A stretch of 64,000 bases of DNA from Patescibacteria group bacterium (GTDB lineage Bacteria > Patescibacteriota > Minisyncoccia > Phycocordibacterales > Phycocordibacteraceae): the NCBI GenBank assembly GCA_018826905.1, contig JAHJYC010000002.1, positions 14,786 to 78,785 of the forward strand, read 5' to 3'. The translations under genes and the position numbers were made by a program. The notes under the pieces were generated by a model. The model worked only from the letters and a program-made list of their open reading frames with translations, did no database searches and had not been told where the DNA came from. Of this stretch, positions 37,169 to 47,853 are shown in pieces (positions within the stretch are counted from its first letter, which is position 1; each line of letters begins with the position of its first letter).

Positions 37169-38119
37169 ATGGAAGTCCGCCACGACACCGTCCTATTGCA
37201 AGAATCAGTTGATGCACTCTCACTGCACGCAGACGACGTTGTTGTTGATGCAACACTCGGCGGTGCGGGACATTTCCGTCTCTTGCTTGAAACACTAGGA
37301 AAAGAGGGAACACTTGTTGGTATTGATGCAGATGCTGAGGCACTGGTACGTGCACAGGCAGTGGTGAATGAGGTGCCAGAAGGGAAGCGACCCGATGTGC
37401 GTCTGGTGAATGGAAACTTCCGTGATCTTGCAGAAATTATGGATGAGCAGAAGCTCACTCCCACAAAAGTACTGTTTGACCTTGGGTGGAGCGGGTTCCA
37501 GCTCGCAAATGGCCGTGGGTTTTCATTTCGTGCTGATGAGCCACTCCATATGACATACGGAGACCCAGAGACGGCAACAACAGCTGGGGATCTCGTAAAT
37601 CATCTTTCTGAAGAATCTCTTGCAGATTTGCTTTGGTCTCTAGGGGAAGAGCGGTTTGCTCGCAAGATCGCTAAAAGCATTGTGGACATTCGTGAGGAGT
37701 CTGAGATTACAACAACTCATGAGTTGGTGGCTGCCATTGAGGCAGGAGTACCTACCTGGTATACCCATCGCCGCCTGCACCCAGCTACAAAGACGTTCCA
37801 GGCACTTCGCATTGCAGCAAATGATGAGCTTGGTGCGATTCGTGAGGGAGTAGGAGCTGCACTGGAGCGAGTCCCTGAGGGAGGCCGTATTGCAGTTATT
37901 ACCTTCCACAGTATTGAGGACAGGATTGTAAAAAATATGTTCCGTGATGCTGCACAGGCTGGGCAGGGCACACTCGTGTCTCGTAAGCCCCAGGTGCCTT
38001 CTCCAGAAGAGACTAAGGCAAATCCCCGTGCGCGTAGTGCAAAGTTGCGTGTCTTTGAAGTAGGAACCACTGCTCCAAAGAAATCTATTAATCTTCATTC
38101 TTTCCCTGTGTATGCCTGA
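37169..38119 (+). CDS. rsmH: 16S rRNA m4C1402 methyltransferase
   Basis: DATLGGAGH, RGFSF, TFHSIEDR and NPRARSAKLR motifs. Confidence 0.97.
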   Translation: MEVRHDTVLLQESVDALSLHADDVVVDATLGGAGHFRLLLETLGKEGTLVGIDADAEALVRAQAVVNEVPEGKRPDVRLVNGNFRDLAEIMDEQKLTPTKVLFDLGWSGFQLANGRGFSFRADEPLHMTYGDPETATTAGDLVNHLSEESLADLLWSLGEERFARKIAKSIVDIREESEITTTHELVAAIEAGVPTWYTHRRLHPATKTFQALRIAANDELGAIREGVGAALERVPEGGRIAVITFHSIEDRIVKNMFRDAAQAGQGTLVSRKPQVPSPEETKANPRARSAKLRVFEVGTTAPKKSINLHSFPVYA

Positions 38120-38390
38120 CCGAACTATTTCAATTCTAGGATATTCTTGTGCTGTGCTTGTTGTGGCATACCTGGGTCTCATCATTGTGACTGTGTCTCT
38201 TGCTGCCTGGCAGACTGATCTTGCTGTTGAGGTGCATGTTACTGAAGGGGAAATTGCACTACTTGAGAATACGTACTACCAAATGGTCTCTGAGATTGAT
38301 GCTGCAAAGCCAAGTTCTCTTGGGCTTGTCGCTCCTGTTGCCGTAAGTTACGCAGTTAAGGCGCAAGCGCCAGCACTTTCGCTTCGCTAA
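38112..38390 (+). CDS. FtsL-like cell division protein
   Basis: Single TM plus short coil between rsmH and ftsI. Confidence 0.6.
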   Translation: MPDRTISILGYSCAVLVVAYLGLIIVTVSLAAWQTDLAVEVHVTEGEIALLENTYYQMVSEIDAAKPSSLGLVAPVAVSYAVKAQAPALSLR

Positions 38391-38394
38391 CTCT

Positions 38395-40128
38395 ATGCGT
38401 AGGGCGATACGTGGACGATTACGCATACTTTCTCTCGCGCTTTTCCTAATTGCCGCGCTTCTTATTGTTCGTCTTTATTTTGTACAAGTAGTGCACGGTG
38501 CTGATTTCGCACTTCGTGCCGAGCGTCAGTATATTTCAGCTAGTCAGGAGCTGTATGATCGCGGAAGTATTTATTTCACTAGAAAGGATGGAACCATTAT
38601 TTCAGCGGCAACACTTTCAAATGGCTTCACGATTGCCATGACACCAAAGAGACTCACTGATCCAAGCGCAGCCTTTGCTGCGCTTTCAACTGTCCTTACG
38701 CTTAGCGAAGAAGACTTTATGAAGTCCGCAGCGCGCTTAGACGATCCGTATGAGGTTGTGGCTAGACGAGTTTCAGAAGAGCAAGGGAAGGCGATTGAGG
38801 CGCTTGATATAGACGGGATACAGCTGGAACGTGAACGATGGCGCTCTTATCCAGGAAGTACTCGTGCAGCGCAATCTATTGGGTTCGTTGCGTTTGATGA
38901 TGATGATACGCTCGCGGGCAGGTTTGGGCTTGAGCGTTATTACAACGACGTACTGAGTAGAGGATCAGTTGGATTGTTTGGGAACTTCTTTTCAGAGTTG
39001 TTTGCCAATATTGATAGTGTTGTGGTTGACGCACGTGAGACGCGCGAGGGAGATCTGATAACCAGCATAGAGCCAGTGGTACAAGAGAAGCTGGATCAAA
39101 TACTCCTTAGTGTGAACACTCAGTATGGAAGTAGAGAAACAGGAGGAATTATTATGGATCCAAAGACTGGAGAGATTATAGCTCTAGATACTGCTCCTTC
39201 ATTTAACGCAAATGATTTTGCGAATGGGGATTCAACACACTTTGGAAATCCACTTGTTGAACACCGATACGAGTTTGGATCCATTGTTAAGGCCCTTACC
39301 ATGGCAGCGGGTCTAGATTCTGGTGCAGTTACCGCAAACACCACCTACAACGATACTGGGTGTACGACACTCAACAATAAAAAGTTCTGTAACTATGACC
39401 TTAAGGCACGTGGCGTTACGCCAATGCAGGAGGTGTTGTCCCAGTCTCTTAACATGGGTGCTGCCTTCATTGCACTTAAGGTGGGGCATGAGAGGATGCG
39501 ACACTATTTTAAGGATCTCGGCATGGGAACTGAGACAGGGATAGATCTGCCGAGTGAGATTTCAGGAAGTCTTTCAAATATTGAAACCAGTCCTCGCGAT
39601 ATTGAGTATGCAACCGCTTCCTATGGACAGGGAATTGCACAGACACCTGTTGAAATGGTGCGAGCTCTGGGAGCACTCGCAAACCAAGGACAGATTGTTA
39701 CCCCTCACCTCGTGCGTTCGGTGCGTCTGGAGTCTGGTATTGAAAAGAAACTCTCTTGGGGAGCTCCTAAGCGAGTATTTAGTGCCGTAGCTACTGAAGA
39801 AACTACGCGCATGCTGGTGAATGTTGTTGATCTTAAACTTGCAGAAGGCAAGGTGCGCATTCCTGAAATGAGTGTTGCTGCAAAGACGGGAACAGCACAG
39901 ATTGCGGGCCCCGGGGGCAAGTACTCTGAGGATAGATACTTCCACTCATTCTTTGGGTATTTCCCTGCGTATGATCCACAGTTTATTATTCTCCTCTATA
40001 CAAGAGAGCCACAGAACGTAAAGTATGCCTCAGAGACTCTTACACACCCCTTCATGGATCTGACACACTTTTTAATTAACTATTATGCTATTCCGCCAGA
40101 TAGGGCAGAATATCCTTCTACTATATGA
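38395..40128 (+). CDS. ftsI: Division-specific class B PBP (FtsI)
   Basis: GSIVK, SLN and KTGTAQ motifs; dcw position. Confidence 0.9.
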   Translation: MRRAIRGRLRILSLALFLIAALLIVRLYFVQVVHGADFALRAERQYISASQELYDRGSIYFTRKDGTIISAATLSNGFTIAMTPKRLTDPSAAFAALSTVLTLSEEDFMKSAARLDDPYEVVARRVSEEQGKAIEALDIDGIQLERERWRSYPGSTRAAQSIGFVAFDDDDTLAGRFGLERYYNDVLSRGSVGLFGNFFSELFANIDSVVVDARETREGDLITSIEPVVQEKLDQILLSVNTQYGSRETGGIIMDPKTGEIIALDTAPSFNANDFANGDSTHFGNPLVEHRYEFGSIVKALTMAAGLDSGAVTANTTYNDTGCTTLNNKKFCNYDLKARGVTPMQEVLSQSLNMGAAFIALKVGHERMRHYFKDLGMGTETGIDLPSEISGSLSNIETSPRDIEYATASYGQGIAQTPVEMVRALGALANQGQIVTPHLVRSVRLESGIEKKLSWGAPKRVFSAVATEETTRMLVNVVDLKLAEGKVRIPEMSVAAKTGTAQIAGPGGKYSEDRYFHSFFGYFPAYDPQFIILLYTREPQNVKYASETLTHPFMDLTHFLINYYAIPPDRAEYPSTI

Positions 40129-41396
40129 AGCGTCTCCTCAAAGCACCTGTAGCCATGGTTCTCGCAGTTCTTGCGAGGGCGATTCTTAAGAAATATGCGC
40201 CTCAGATCATTATGGTTACGGGAAGTGTGGGAAAGACTTCAACAAAGGATGCGCTTGCAGCTGCGTTCGCAGAGACACATTTCCTTCGTGCGAGTGAGAA
40301 GAGTTACAACAGCGAGTTCGGTCTCCCCCTTACGGTTATTGGTGCAAGGAATCCGTGGGAGAATCCTGCTGCATGGTTCGGTGTCTTCCAAGAAGCTCTC
40401 GCACTTATTATGTTGCCGAGCCACTATCCAAAACTTCTTATTCTTGAAGTAGGAGCTGATAGGCCAGGAGACTTGGCGCGAATTTTACGCATTGCGCATC
40501 CTGATGCTGTTGTTGTTACAAGACTTCCTGATGTGCCAGTGCATGTGGAAGCGTATGAGGGACCACAGGCAGTTAGAGATGAAGAGTTTGCTCCTGCCTA
40601 CGCACTCTTGCCACAAGCTCCTCTTATAATCTGCGCTGAGGATGTGTACGCTCGCACTATGGCAGCGAGACTTCCGGTTTCCATAACAACGTTTGGATTT
40701 TCAGACGATGCAGATGTTTCAATAGCAAATGAAGAATTTTATGTAGATGGAGAGAAGAGCGGTATGCGTGCTGACGTTGGAGGGAAGAAGGTGTGTGTTG
40801 AGGGGGCACTTGGGCGTCCTCAATTGTATGCGCCAGCCGCGGCACTTGCTGTTGCAAAGGCACTGAACATATCTGAAAAGGCAGTGCGAGCAGGACTTAA
40901 GACATACGTAGCTCCGCCAGGACGTGCGCGGGTGCTTCTTGGTGTTCGCAACTCCTATATTATTGATGACTCATACAACGCATCTCCTGCAGCAGCAGAG
41001 GAGGGACTTAACGCACTCTCCTTAATTCCTAAGAAGGGAAGACGTATAGCAGTACTTGGAGACATGTTGGAACTTGGGCGGTATTCGCAGGAAGAACACG
41101 CTCGTATAGGGACATTGGTAGAGGAGAAGGCAGACATGCTTATTGCTGTTGGTCTTCGCTCTCGTGCTACATACGAAGCCGCTAGAAAGGCAGGACTTTC
41201 AGAGGACACTGCGTTTGCGGTTGATACAGCAACCGATGCAGCTGAAATACTCCAAGAACTTGTTCAGGAAGGGGATGTTGTTCTCGTTAAGGGATCTCAG
41301 TCTATGCGCATGGAGCGGGTGTCTGAGGCTCTGTTGAGGAATCCAGAGGATAGCCAGCGTTTAGTACGTCAGGAGCGTGAATGGAAGCGTAGATAG
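40125..41396 (+). CDS. murF: UDP-MurNAc-tripeptide--D-Ala-D-Ala ligase
   Basis: TGSVGKTSTK, DDSYNASP, LGDMLELG and VKGS motifs. Confidence 0.95.
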   Translation: MKRLLKAPVAMVLAVLARAILKKYAPQIIMVTGSVGKTSTKDALAAAFAETHFLRASEKSYNSEFGLPLTVIGARNPWENPAAWFGVFQEALALIMLPSHYPKLLILEVGADRPGDLARILRIAHPDAVVVTRLPDVPVHVEAYEGPQAVRDEEFAPAYALLPQAPLIICAEDVYARTMAARLPVSITTFGFSDDADVSIANEEFYVDGEKSGMRADVGGKKVCVEGALGRPQLYAPAAALAVAKALNISEKAVRAGLKTYVAPPGRARVLLGVRNSYIIDDSYNASPAAAEEGLNALSLIPKKGRRIAVLGDMLELGRYSQEEHARIGTLVEEKADMLIAVGLRSRATYEAARKAGLSEDTAFAVDTATDAAEILQELVQEGDVVLVKGSQSMRMERVSEALLRNPEDSQRLVRQEREWKRR

Positions 41397-41439
41397 GTCT
41401 AGCGCGCCAGGCTTGATTCTGGTATAAATGGCCTACGAC

Positions 41440-41511
41440 GGCCTCATCGTCTAACGGTTAGGACAGATCCCTCTCACGGATCAAATCGGGGTTCGATTCC
41501 CCGTGAGGTCA
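41440..41511 (+). tRNA. tRNA-Glu (CTC), CCA not encoded
   Basis: ggcctca...gatcc-ctCTCac-ggatc...ggttcgattcc...tgaggtc-a. Confidence 0.95.
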
Positions 41512-41575
41512 CAAAGTTGTTCTAGTGCAACCAGCACCCAAAAGGAGTCTCAACTGGATGTGCTAGCATATTTGT

Positions 41576-41941
41576 ATGAAAATCCTTGTCTCTCACTCCA
41601 GCAGTTACGATTACGAAACTGAGCTGTACGAGCCACTTAAGCAATCAGCTCTTGCTGAGAAGCATACCTTCATATTCCCGCATGATGTAGAAAACGTTGA
41701 GATTGAAACAAACTCTCATATTCCAGACACTGATCTTTTGCTTGCAGAAGTTTCGTATCCTTCAACGGGAGCTGGTATTGAAATAGGTCTCGTTCAAGCC
41801 GCAAACGTCCCAACACTCTTTCTGTACAAGAAGGGAACAACTCCGTCTTCAGCACTTAAGTTCTGCAAAGGGAAGCAGACTGAGTATACAGACAGTGCTG
41901 ATCTTGTCTCAAAAATAGAAGAGTATGTTGCGAGCAACTAG
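41576..41941 (+). CDS. Nucleoside 2-deoxyribosyltransferase-like protein
   Basis: AEVSYPSTGAGIEIG motif. Confidence 0.75.
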   Translation: MKILVSHSSSYDYETELYEPLKQSALAEKHTFIFPHDVENVEIETNSHIPDTDLLLAEVSYPSTGAGIEIGLVQAANVPTLFLYKKGTTPSSALKFCKGKQTEYTDSADLVSKIEEYVASN

Positions 41942-42735
41942 TTCTTTCTAGACAACCAAAGCCCAAACACACTTCCAATCCTCGTCCTATGAATAGAAAG
42001 GGCAACACCTTTTGTTCCTAAGACCTCTCCAATACGCCCTGCAAGTGTCCGCATATACGTCCCCGATGCACACGATACTCGTAGCGTATGAATTTGGTAG
42101 GTTCTTTCTCCTTGAGCTGTAAACAATTTCTCCCAACATTCTCGTACTGCATCCTGTCTAAAGTCTGCGCCCAACTGCTTTGATGCTTCTTCTGTGCGGG
42201 GAACTAAAGAAAGCGTTTTGAATACTCTTTCCTTAAGCTGAGGCAAAGACACCGTCTCTGTATTCAAATGCGTAATGGAGTACACTTCTTCCGTATGTGT
42301 AGGAATCTCTATTGAATCCAGGGTCCCTTCAAGCGCATACATAAACAACGGCTTTCCATTAACTGTCTTAGAAGAAAAGACAGGGTAGGGGACATCTGCC
42401 TTTCCTGTAACAGACGTAAGTGCTCTTTTTATTTCTTCCTTAGAGAAAGCAGATACTGTATCTGCTCCGGAACTTACACCAAGCACATCTCCGGTATCAG
42501 TTCCTATATCAAGGAGTACTTCAATAACATACTCCTTATCTAGTCCATGGTACTTCTTTTGCTTTTTGCACTCCTCTCCAATAAGAACAAGGAGTTTTCC
42601 TGAGGCCATAGGATCAAGTCTGCCTGCATAACTTAAAGGAACATCCTTATATATAGGAGATCTCTCCTGAAACAACCGAAGTGCTTCAAGGGGAGTTTGT
42701 CCTACCGGCTTTTCCAAAACCACATACTTTTTCAT
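41938..42735 (-). CDS. truB: tRNA pseudouridine(55) synthase
   Basis: YAGRLDPMASG and SGTYMRTL motifs. Confidence 0.9.
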   Translation of the reverse strand: MKKYVVLEKPVGQTPLEALRLFQERSPIYKDVPLSYAGRLDPMASGKLLVLIGEECKKQKKYHGLDKEYVIEVLLDIGTDTGDVLGVSSGADTVSAFSKEEIKRALTSVTGKADVPYPVFSSKTVNGKPLFMYALEGTLDSIEIPTHTEEVYSITHLNTETVSLPQLKERVFKTLSLVPRTEEASKQLGADFRQDAVRECWEKLFTAQGERTYQIHTLRVSCASGTYMRTLAGRIGEVLGTKGVALSIHRTRIGSVFGLWLSRKN

Positions 42736-42782
42736 ATGTTCATCCTATAGAAGAAAAGGAAAACACACCAACAAGTGGTGTG

Positions 42783-43118
42783 TCAGGCAACCTTCCGTCG
42801 TCTAAATCTGCGTTCGGGGATTGGAGCAAGCTCCAGCCCCGTACACATATCCAAAAGACAAAGAAAGTCATTCATCTCGCTCCACATATCAGGACCACGA
42901 ATCGCGGAGCAGACGTATCCTTCAATGAGAAGAATCTGGTCATGATACGAAAGCGAGAGTTGTTGTTCCAATTGTTCCTGGGCCCTCAGAAGGCCGTACG
43001 CAAACGACATAGGATCCTTGCGGATCTTCTGCAGTCCACTTGGAAAGACGCGAATGACGAGCTGTGCTCCTTTAGCTACGTCAAACACCTCAGGGTAAAT
43101 AACATAGGCATCAGTCAA
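42783..43118 (-). CDS. Orphan hypothetical protein (cassette G)
   Basis: TTG start with GGAG; hairpin acacacca...tggtgtgt at the stop. Confidence 0.5.
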   Translation of the reverse strand: MTDAYVIYPEVFDVAKGAQLVIRVFPSGLQKIRKDPMSFAYGLLRAQEQLEQQLSLSYHDQILLIEGYVCSAIRGPDMWSEMNDFLCLLDMCTGLELAPIPERRFRRRKVA

Positions 43119-43198
43119 CAGTGTTACTCCACATAGGAAAGAGGAGAGGACACCATCACCATCCCAGATCTGTTGTCTGGGTCAGGAGAAACTTAGCA

Positions 43199-43654
43199 CT
43201 AGCGAAGCAATGAGTCCACCACTTCCTTCACATCTGCGCCGTCTGCTTTTCCCTTTAGGTCTTGCATAAGGGCACCAATAAATCTGCCAGTATCTTTCTT
43301 TTCAGTAATATTCATATCCTGCATCTTCTGTGAAGCAATTGCATGTATCTCTTCCTTGCTCATAAGCTCGGGCATGAATGATTCAATAACCGCTAGCTCT
43401 TCAATCTCAGGCTCGGCAAGTTCAGTGCGTCCTGCTGCAGTAAATTGCTCAATGGAGTCTTTTCTTTGGTTGGCAGCTCTTTTAACGACAACCAATGCCT
43501 CTTCATCAGTTAAAAACTCATCTGGCTTACGTTTTTTCGCTACCACCTCGTTTGTCATAGCACTTGCAAGCGAGCGAAGGGTGCGGAGTCGCACTGCGTC
43601 TTTAGCGCGAAGGGCGTCAGGAATACCTGCCTTTATAGTTTCATGTAGGGTCAT
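43199..43654 (-). CDS. GatB/YqeY domain protein
   Basis: QRKDSIEQF..AGR.EL and GKADG motifs. Confidence 0.92.
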   Translation of the reverse strand: MTLHETIKAGIPDALRAKDAVRLRTLRSLASAMTNEVVAKKRKPDEFLTDEEALVVVKRAANQRKDSIEQFTAAGRTELAEPEIEELAVIESFMPELMSKEEIHAIASQKMQDMNITEKKDTGRFIGALMQDLKGKADGADVKEVVDSLLR

Positions 43655-43702
43655 GGAAAAATCCTACCACACGAGTAATCGCTTGGTATACTCCAAGTAT
43701 CT

Positions 43703-46381
43703 ATGCTTATTTCAGAACATTGGCACGCCCGTACTATCAAAGAAGTGGAGGAACACCTCCACACAAGTCTTACTAAAGGATTAACAAGAAAGGAAGCCGC
43801 AGACCGTCTAGAAGAGAAGGGAGCAAATAGCATGCCTGCTCCCGAGAGAGACGGGCTATTTATGAAGCTTCTAAATCAGTTCAAGAGCCCCATCACGTTT
43901 GTGCTTGTGCTTGCGGTTATCGCAACCTCTTCTCTCGCGCACTATACGGATGCGCTCGTTATCTCTGCAGCACTCTTGCTGAATATTGTTATGGGCCTGG
44001 TGCAGGAAGGGAGAGCTTCAAAAGCTTTTGAAGCACTTAAGAAAGGAGAAGCACAGTATGCAGTTGTTTTTAGAGGCGGAGAGCCATTAAAGATCTCTGC
44101 GAATGAGCTTGTTGTTGGCGATGTTGTTGTTCTGTCTGCAGGAAACGCTATTCCAGCAGACATGCGTCTTATTGAAGTGCATGGACTCACGATTAACGAG
44201 TCAGCACTCTCAGGAGAATGGCTTGCCGTTGAAAAGAATACTGAAAAAGCAGGAGAGGAATCTCCGCTTGTTGAGCGAAGTGGGATGGCATATGCAGGAA
44301 CACTGGTTGCGTCTGGAGCAGGGAGGGGAGTTGTTGTTGCTATAGGGGGAGACACTGAGATCGGGCGTATTGCTGTTGAGCTTGGGAAGAAAGATGAGTC
44401 TGTAACGCCGCTCATGAAAGATATACGGCAGGTAGCGAAACTCATCCTGATCGCCGTTGCTTTCATTATGGTAGGTATTTTCGCACTCGGCACAGCGCGA
44501 GGGCTCCCATTTGATGAAACACTCTTTACGGCTATCGCACTTGCTGTTGCGAGTGTGCCTGAAGGACTTCCTGCAGCAGTTACCGTAGTGCTCGCACTCG
44601 GGATGGAGCGCATTCTAAAATCTGGCGGCCTCGTACGAAACCTGCTTGCTGCAGAAACACTTGGCACCACCAGTATCATTTTGACTGATAAGACCGGCAC
44701 CCTTACGGAGGGCAGAATGACACTTGAGTCATACGTAAGTTTGAACGAAGTACATGACAATGCAGACAAAGGAGAAGCGAGAACTCTCTTAACTGCTGCA
44801 GTGCTTGCGTCTAATGCATACGTAGAGGAACGCCCAGAAGCAGAAGGAGACGAGAAACTTGTGGTACATGGCAGACCTATTGAACAAGCTATTGTACTTG
44901 CTGGTCTTAAGACAGGTATCTCTCAGCAAGCGTGCCTGAGTGCGTACCCACGTCTAGACGAGTTGCATTTTGACTCAGCACGCCGCTTCGGGGGTATGCT
45001 CGTACAAAACGAGAAGAATCCCGTTGCCTATATCACTGGCGCCCCTGAGTTTCTTCTCGGCAGTATGTCTTTAGTTGTTGGAGCAAATGGCGACGCAGAG
45101 ACCTTGACCGACAGTATGCGCACGCACTTCTTGCGGTCGCTTGAAACAGCAGCGAGGGACGGGAAGCGTGTTATTGGAGTTGCTCGTGTTGAGAAAGACT
45201 TAAAGGCATTTCCTCCTGAAAAAGAGTTGCTTGGATACCTTGGTGCCGGCGCCCTCGTTGGATTCCTTATCTTCTCTGATGTTATTCGTGAGGAAGCAAA
45301 GAGTGCTATTAAGGACATGCAAGATGCAGGGGCTCGCGTCCTCATGCTTACGGGAGACAACCCCGAAACAGCACTCGCCATAGCAAAAATTGTAGGGATT
45401 GCAGAAGAGGGAGAACGAGCGTACACGGGAGCAGAACTCTCTGTCCTCACCGATGCTGAGCTTCTAGAGGTACTTACTACACATACAGTATTTTCTCGTG
45501 TTGCTCCTGCTGAGAAGCTTCGTATAGCGAACGTGCTCCGGGATGCAGGAGAGGTGGTGGCGATGACAGGAGACGGAGTGAATGACGCACCCGCCCTAAG
45601 AGCAGCCGCTATTGGTGTTGCTGTCGGGTCTGGAACAGATGTAGCAAAGGAAGCATCTGATCTGGTGCTTCTTGATAACGGATTCTCAGTTATAACTTCA
45701 GCCATTCGGGAAGGCAGAAGGCTTAGAGAGAACTTCAAGAAGATCTTTGCGTACATGCTCTCCACGAACTTCAGCGAAGTTATCCTCATTGGGTTTGCGC
45801 TTGTTGTTGGACTCCCGCTTCCGATTCTTCCTACGCAGGTACTCTGGTCTAACCTAATTGAGGGAGGATTTATGAACTTTGCGTTTGCTTTTGAGCCGCT
45901 GTACCCGTCTGCAATGAAGCGAAGTCCAAAGGATCCTGAAATCGCACGCGTGCTGTCTCCGAAGCTCATTAAACTTATTGTGCTCGTTGGTTCCGTAACA
46001 GCGACAATACTCATTGGTATCTACCTCTTCCTCCTTTCTCTTGAGTTGCCGCTTGATGAGATTCAGACACTCATGTTCGTTGCAGTATCGGTGAACTGTA
46101 TCTTCATGGCATTCTCAATGAAGAGTCTTGGAACTCCGCTATGGAGACTGCCATTATTCTCTAACCGCTTCTTGCTAGTCTCGTTAATTGGAAGCGTTGC
46201 CTTCTTGTTTGGTGCCCTCTACATTCCATTCCTACAGGTACTGGTACATGTAACAGAACCAAGCATGCTCCAGCTCGCTATTCTCTTTGGGTTTGGACTC
46301 ATAAACCTCGCTACGATTGAGATTGCGAAGTGGATCTTCTTTATTCGTGAGCCTAAGGAATCACGTATACTTACTGCATGA
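43703..46381 (+). CDS. Cation-transporting P-type ATPase (P2A-like)
   Basis: PEGL, DKTGTLT, TGDN and GDGVND motifs. Confidence 0.95.
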   Translation: MLISEHWHARTIKEVEEHLHTSLTKGLTRKEAADRLEEKGANSMPAPERDGLFMKLLNQFKSPITFVLVLAVIATSSLAHYTDALVISAALLLNIVMGLVQEGRASKAFEALKKGEAQYAVVFRGGEPLKISANELVVGDVVVLSAGNAIPADMRLIEVHGLTINESALSGEWLAVEKNTEKAGEESPLVERSGMAYAGTLVASGAGRGVVVAIGGDTEIGRIAVELGKKDESVTPLMKDIRQVAKLILIAVAFIMVGIFALGTARGLPFDETLFTAIALAVASVPEGLPAAVTVVLALGMERILKSGGLVRNLLAAETLGTTSIILTDKTGTLTEGRMTLESYVSLNEVHDNADKGEARTLLTAAVLASNAYVEERPEAEGDEKLVVHGRPIEQAIVLAGLKTGISQQACLSAYPRLDELHFDSARRFGGMLVQNEKNPVAYITGAPEFLLGSMSLVVGANGDAETLTDSMRTHFLRSLETAARDGKRVIGVARVEKDLKAFPPEKELLGYLGAGALVGFLIFSDVIREEAKSAIKDMQDAGARVLMLTGDNPETALAIAKIVGIAEEGERAYTGAELSVLTDAELLEVLTTHTVFSRVAPAEKLRIANVLRDAGEVVAMTGDGVNDAPALRAAAIGVAVGSGTDVAKEASDLVLLDNGFSVITSAIREGRRLRENFKKIFAYMLSTNFSEVILIGFALVVGLPLPILPTQVLWSNLIEGGFMNFAFAFEPLYPSAMKRSPKDPEIARVLSPKLIKLIVLVGSVTATILIGIYLFLLSLELPLDEIQTLMFVAVSVNCIFMAFSMKSLGTPLWRLPLFSNRFLLVSLIGSVAFLFGALYIPFLQVLVHVTEPSMLQLAILFGFGLINLATIEIAKWIFFIREPKESRILTA

Positions 46382-47439
46382 ACACGCTCACTATTGCACT
46401 CATAGTGCTCGGCCTCGTCTTCCTTCAGGGAGTAGGACTTTGGCTTATCTTGAGGCGTAAAGAGAATCAGAAGGACCCCTCTCCTGAATCAGGAGGAATG
46501 TTGCTCCTCCAGAAGCAGATAGAGAATCTAGAACGCTCTCTAGACTCCCGCATGCACGAGTCTTCTAAACAGGTGAACGAAACAATGCGGAGCCAGTTAG
46601 GAGAGTCTTCTCGTCTTATCCGTGAAATAACGGAAGAGATAACAAGTGTGAAAGAGATCGGAAGGGAAACAGGGAAGTTTGCAGAGCAACTTAAGAACCT
46701 GCAGGACATTTTAAAGAATCCAAAACAACGCGGAATTCTTGGAGAGTACTACCTAGAAACAGTGTTGAAGAACGTCCTTCCTCCTGGCATGTATCGTATG
46801 CAGCATCCGTTTGAGAACGGAGAGATTGTAGACGCTGCAGTCTATGTAAACGACAAGATTGTCCCTATTGATTCCAAGTTCTCTTTGGATAACTACAATC
46901 GGTATATACACGCAGAGGGAGCTGAGCGTATCGCCCTTGAGAAGACATTTGTTAATGACCTGAAGCTAAGAATCACTGAGACCGCTAAGTACATTCGTCC
47001 TGAAGAAGGGACTATGGATTTTGCCTTCATGTTTATCCCTTCAGAGGGTATTTATTATGATCTCCTTACGAATCAGGTGGGGGCGGGGGAGGACGAGAAC
47101 CTAATCCAGCGAGCGGCCTCTAAAAGCAAGGTTATTATCGTTTCGCCAACCTCATTCCTAGCCTACCTCCAGACTGTTATGCAGGGCCTAAAAGCCCTTC
47201 AGATTGAGAAGCAGGCAGAGGAGATACAAAAGCGTGTGGGAGAGCTCGGAAAGCACCTAGGAGCCTATCAGGAGTACTACAGGAAGCTTGGGACAGCCCT
47301 TGGAACCTCTGTTTCCCATTACAACAGCGGAATGAAGGAATTGGGCAAAATAGACAAGGATGTATACCGTATTGCAAAAGAGAGGGTAGGGATTGAGTTG
47401 GAGCTTTTGGACAAGCCTGGAACAGGGGACGAGGACTAG
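46378..47439 (+). CDS. rmuC: DNA recombination protein RmuC
   Basis: RGILGE, IDSKF, DFAFMFIPSE and SPTS motifs. Confidence 0.92.
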   Translation: MNTLTIALIVLGLVFLQGVGLWLILRRKENQKDPSPESGGMLLLQKQIENLERSLDSRMHESSKQVNETMRSQLGESSRLIREITEEITSVKEIGRETGKFAEQLKNLQDILKNPKQRGILGEYYLETVLKNVLPPGMYRMQHPFENGEIVDAAVYVNDKIVPIDSKFSLDNYNRYIHAEGAERIALEKTFVNDLKLRITETAKYIRPEEGTMDFAFMFIPSEGIYYDLLTNQVGAGEDENLIQRAASKSKVIIVSPTSFLAYLQTVMQGLKALQIEKQAEEIQKRVGELGKHLGAYQEYYRKLGTALGTSVSHYNSGMKELGKIDKDVYRIAKERVGIELELLDKPGTGDED

Positions 47440-47486
47440 AAAGGCTCCCTTGCTTTTTACTTTAAACAGGCTAGAATGGCCCTACT

Positions 47487-47816
47487 ATGGAACTCGCAGT
47501 TATAAAGACCGGTGGAAAGCAGTACGTGGTTGCTCCCGGCGCAACCGTTACGATTGAGAAACTCGGTCGGGGTGCTGCTACTCAGGATGTGAAGAAGGGA
47601 GATACGGTCACCTTTGATCAGGTGCTTATGACCGATAACGGAACTCTCACCATTGGGACTCCTGTTGTTTCTGGAAAGACCGTTACTGGAACAGTGCAGT
47701 CTGTTGGACGCGCTAAGAAGGTTGAGGTAGTTAAGTACAAGGCGAAGAGTAACTATCTAAAGCGTCGCGGACACCGCCAGCCGTACGTTAAGGTAAAGAT
47801 TGATTCAATCGCATAA
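47487..47816 (+). CDS. rplU: 50S ribosomal protein L21
   Basis: AVIKTGGKQY and GHRQPY motifs. Confidence 0.96.
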   Translation: MELAVIKTGGKQYVVAPGATVTIEKLGRGAATQDVKKGDTVTFDQVLMTDNGTLTIGTPVVSGKTVTGTVQSVGRAKKVEVVKYKAKSNYLKRRGHRQPYVKVKIDSIA

Positions 47817-47817
47817 A

Positions 47818-47853
47818 CAAAAAGACCCTTTCTCTGAAAGGGTCTTTTTGTTT
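47818..47853. terminator. Bidirectional terminator
   Basis: aaaaagacccttt...aaagggtcttttt. Confidence 0.85.

Noticed and set aside
41440-41511. tRNA-Glu as a second integration site
   Set aside because: No duplicate of its 3' end was noticed and the flanking genes look native.
43942-46014. Long antisense ORFs (275 and 328 aa)
   Set aside because: They are shadows of the P-type ATPase with no motifs of their own.
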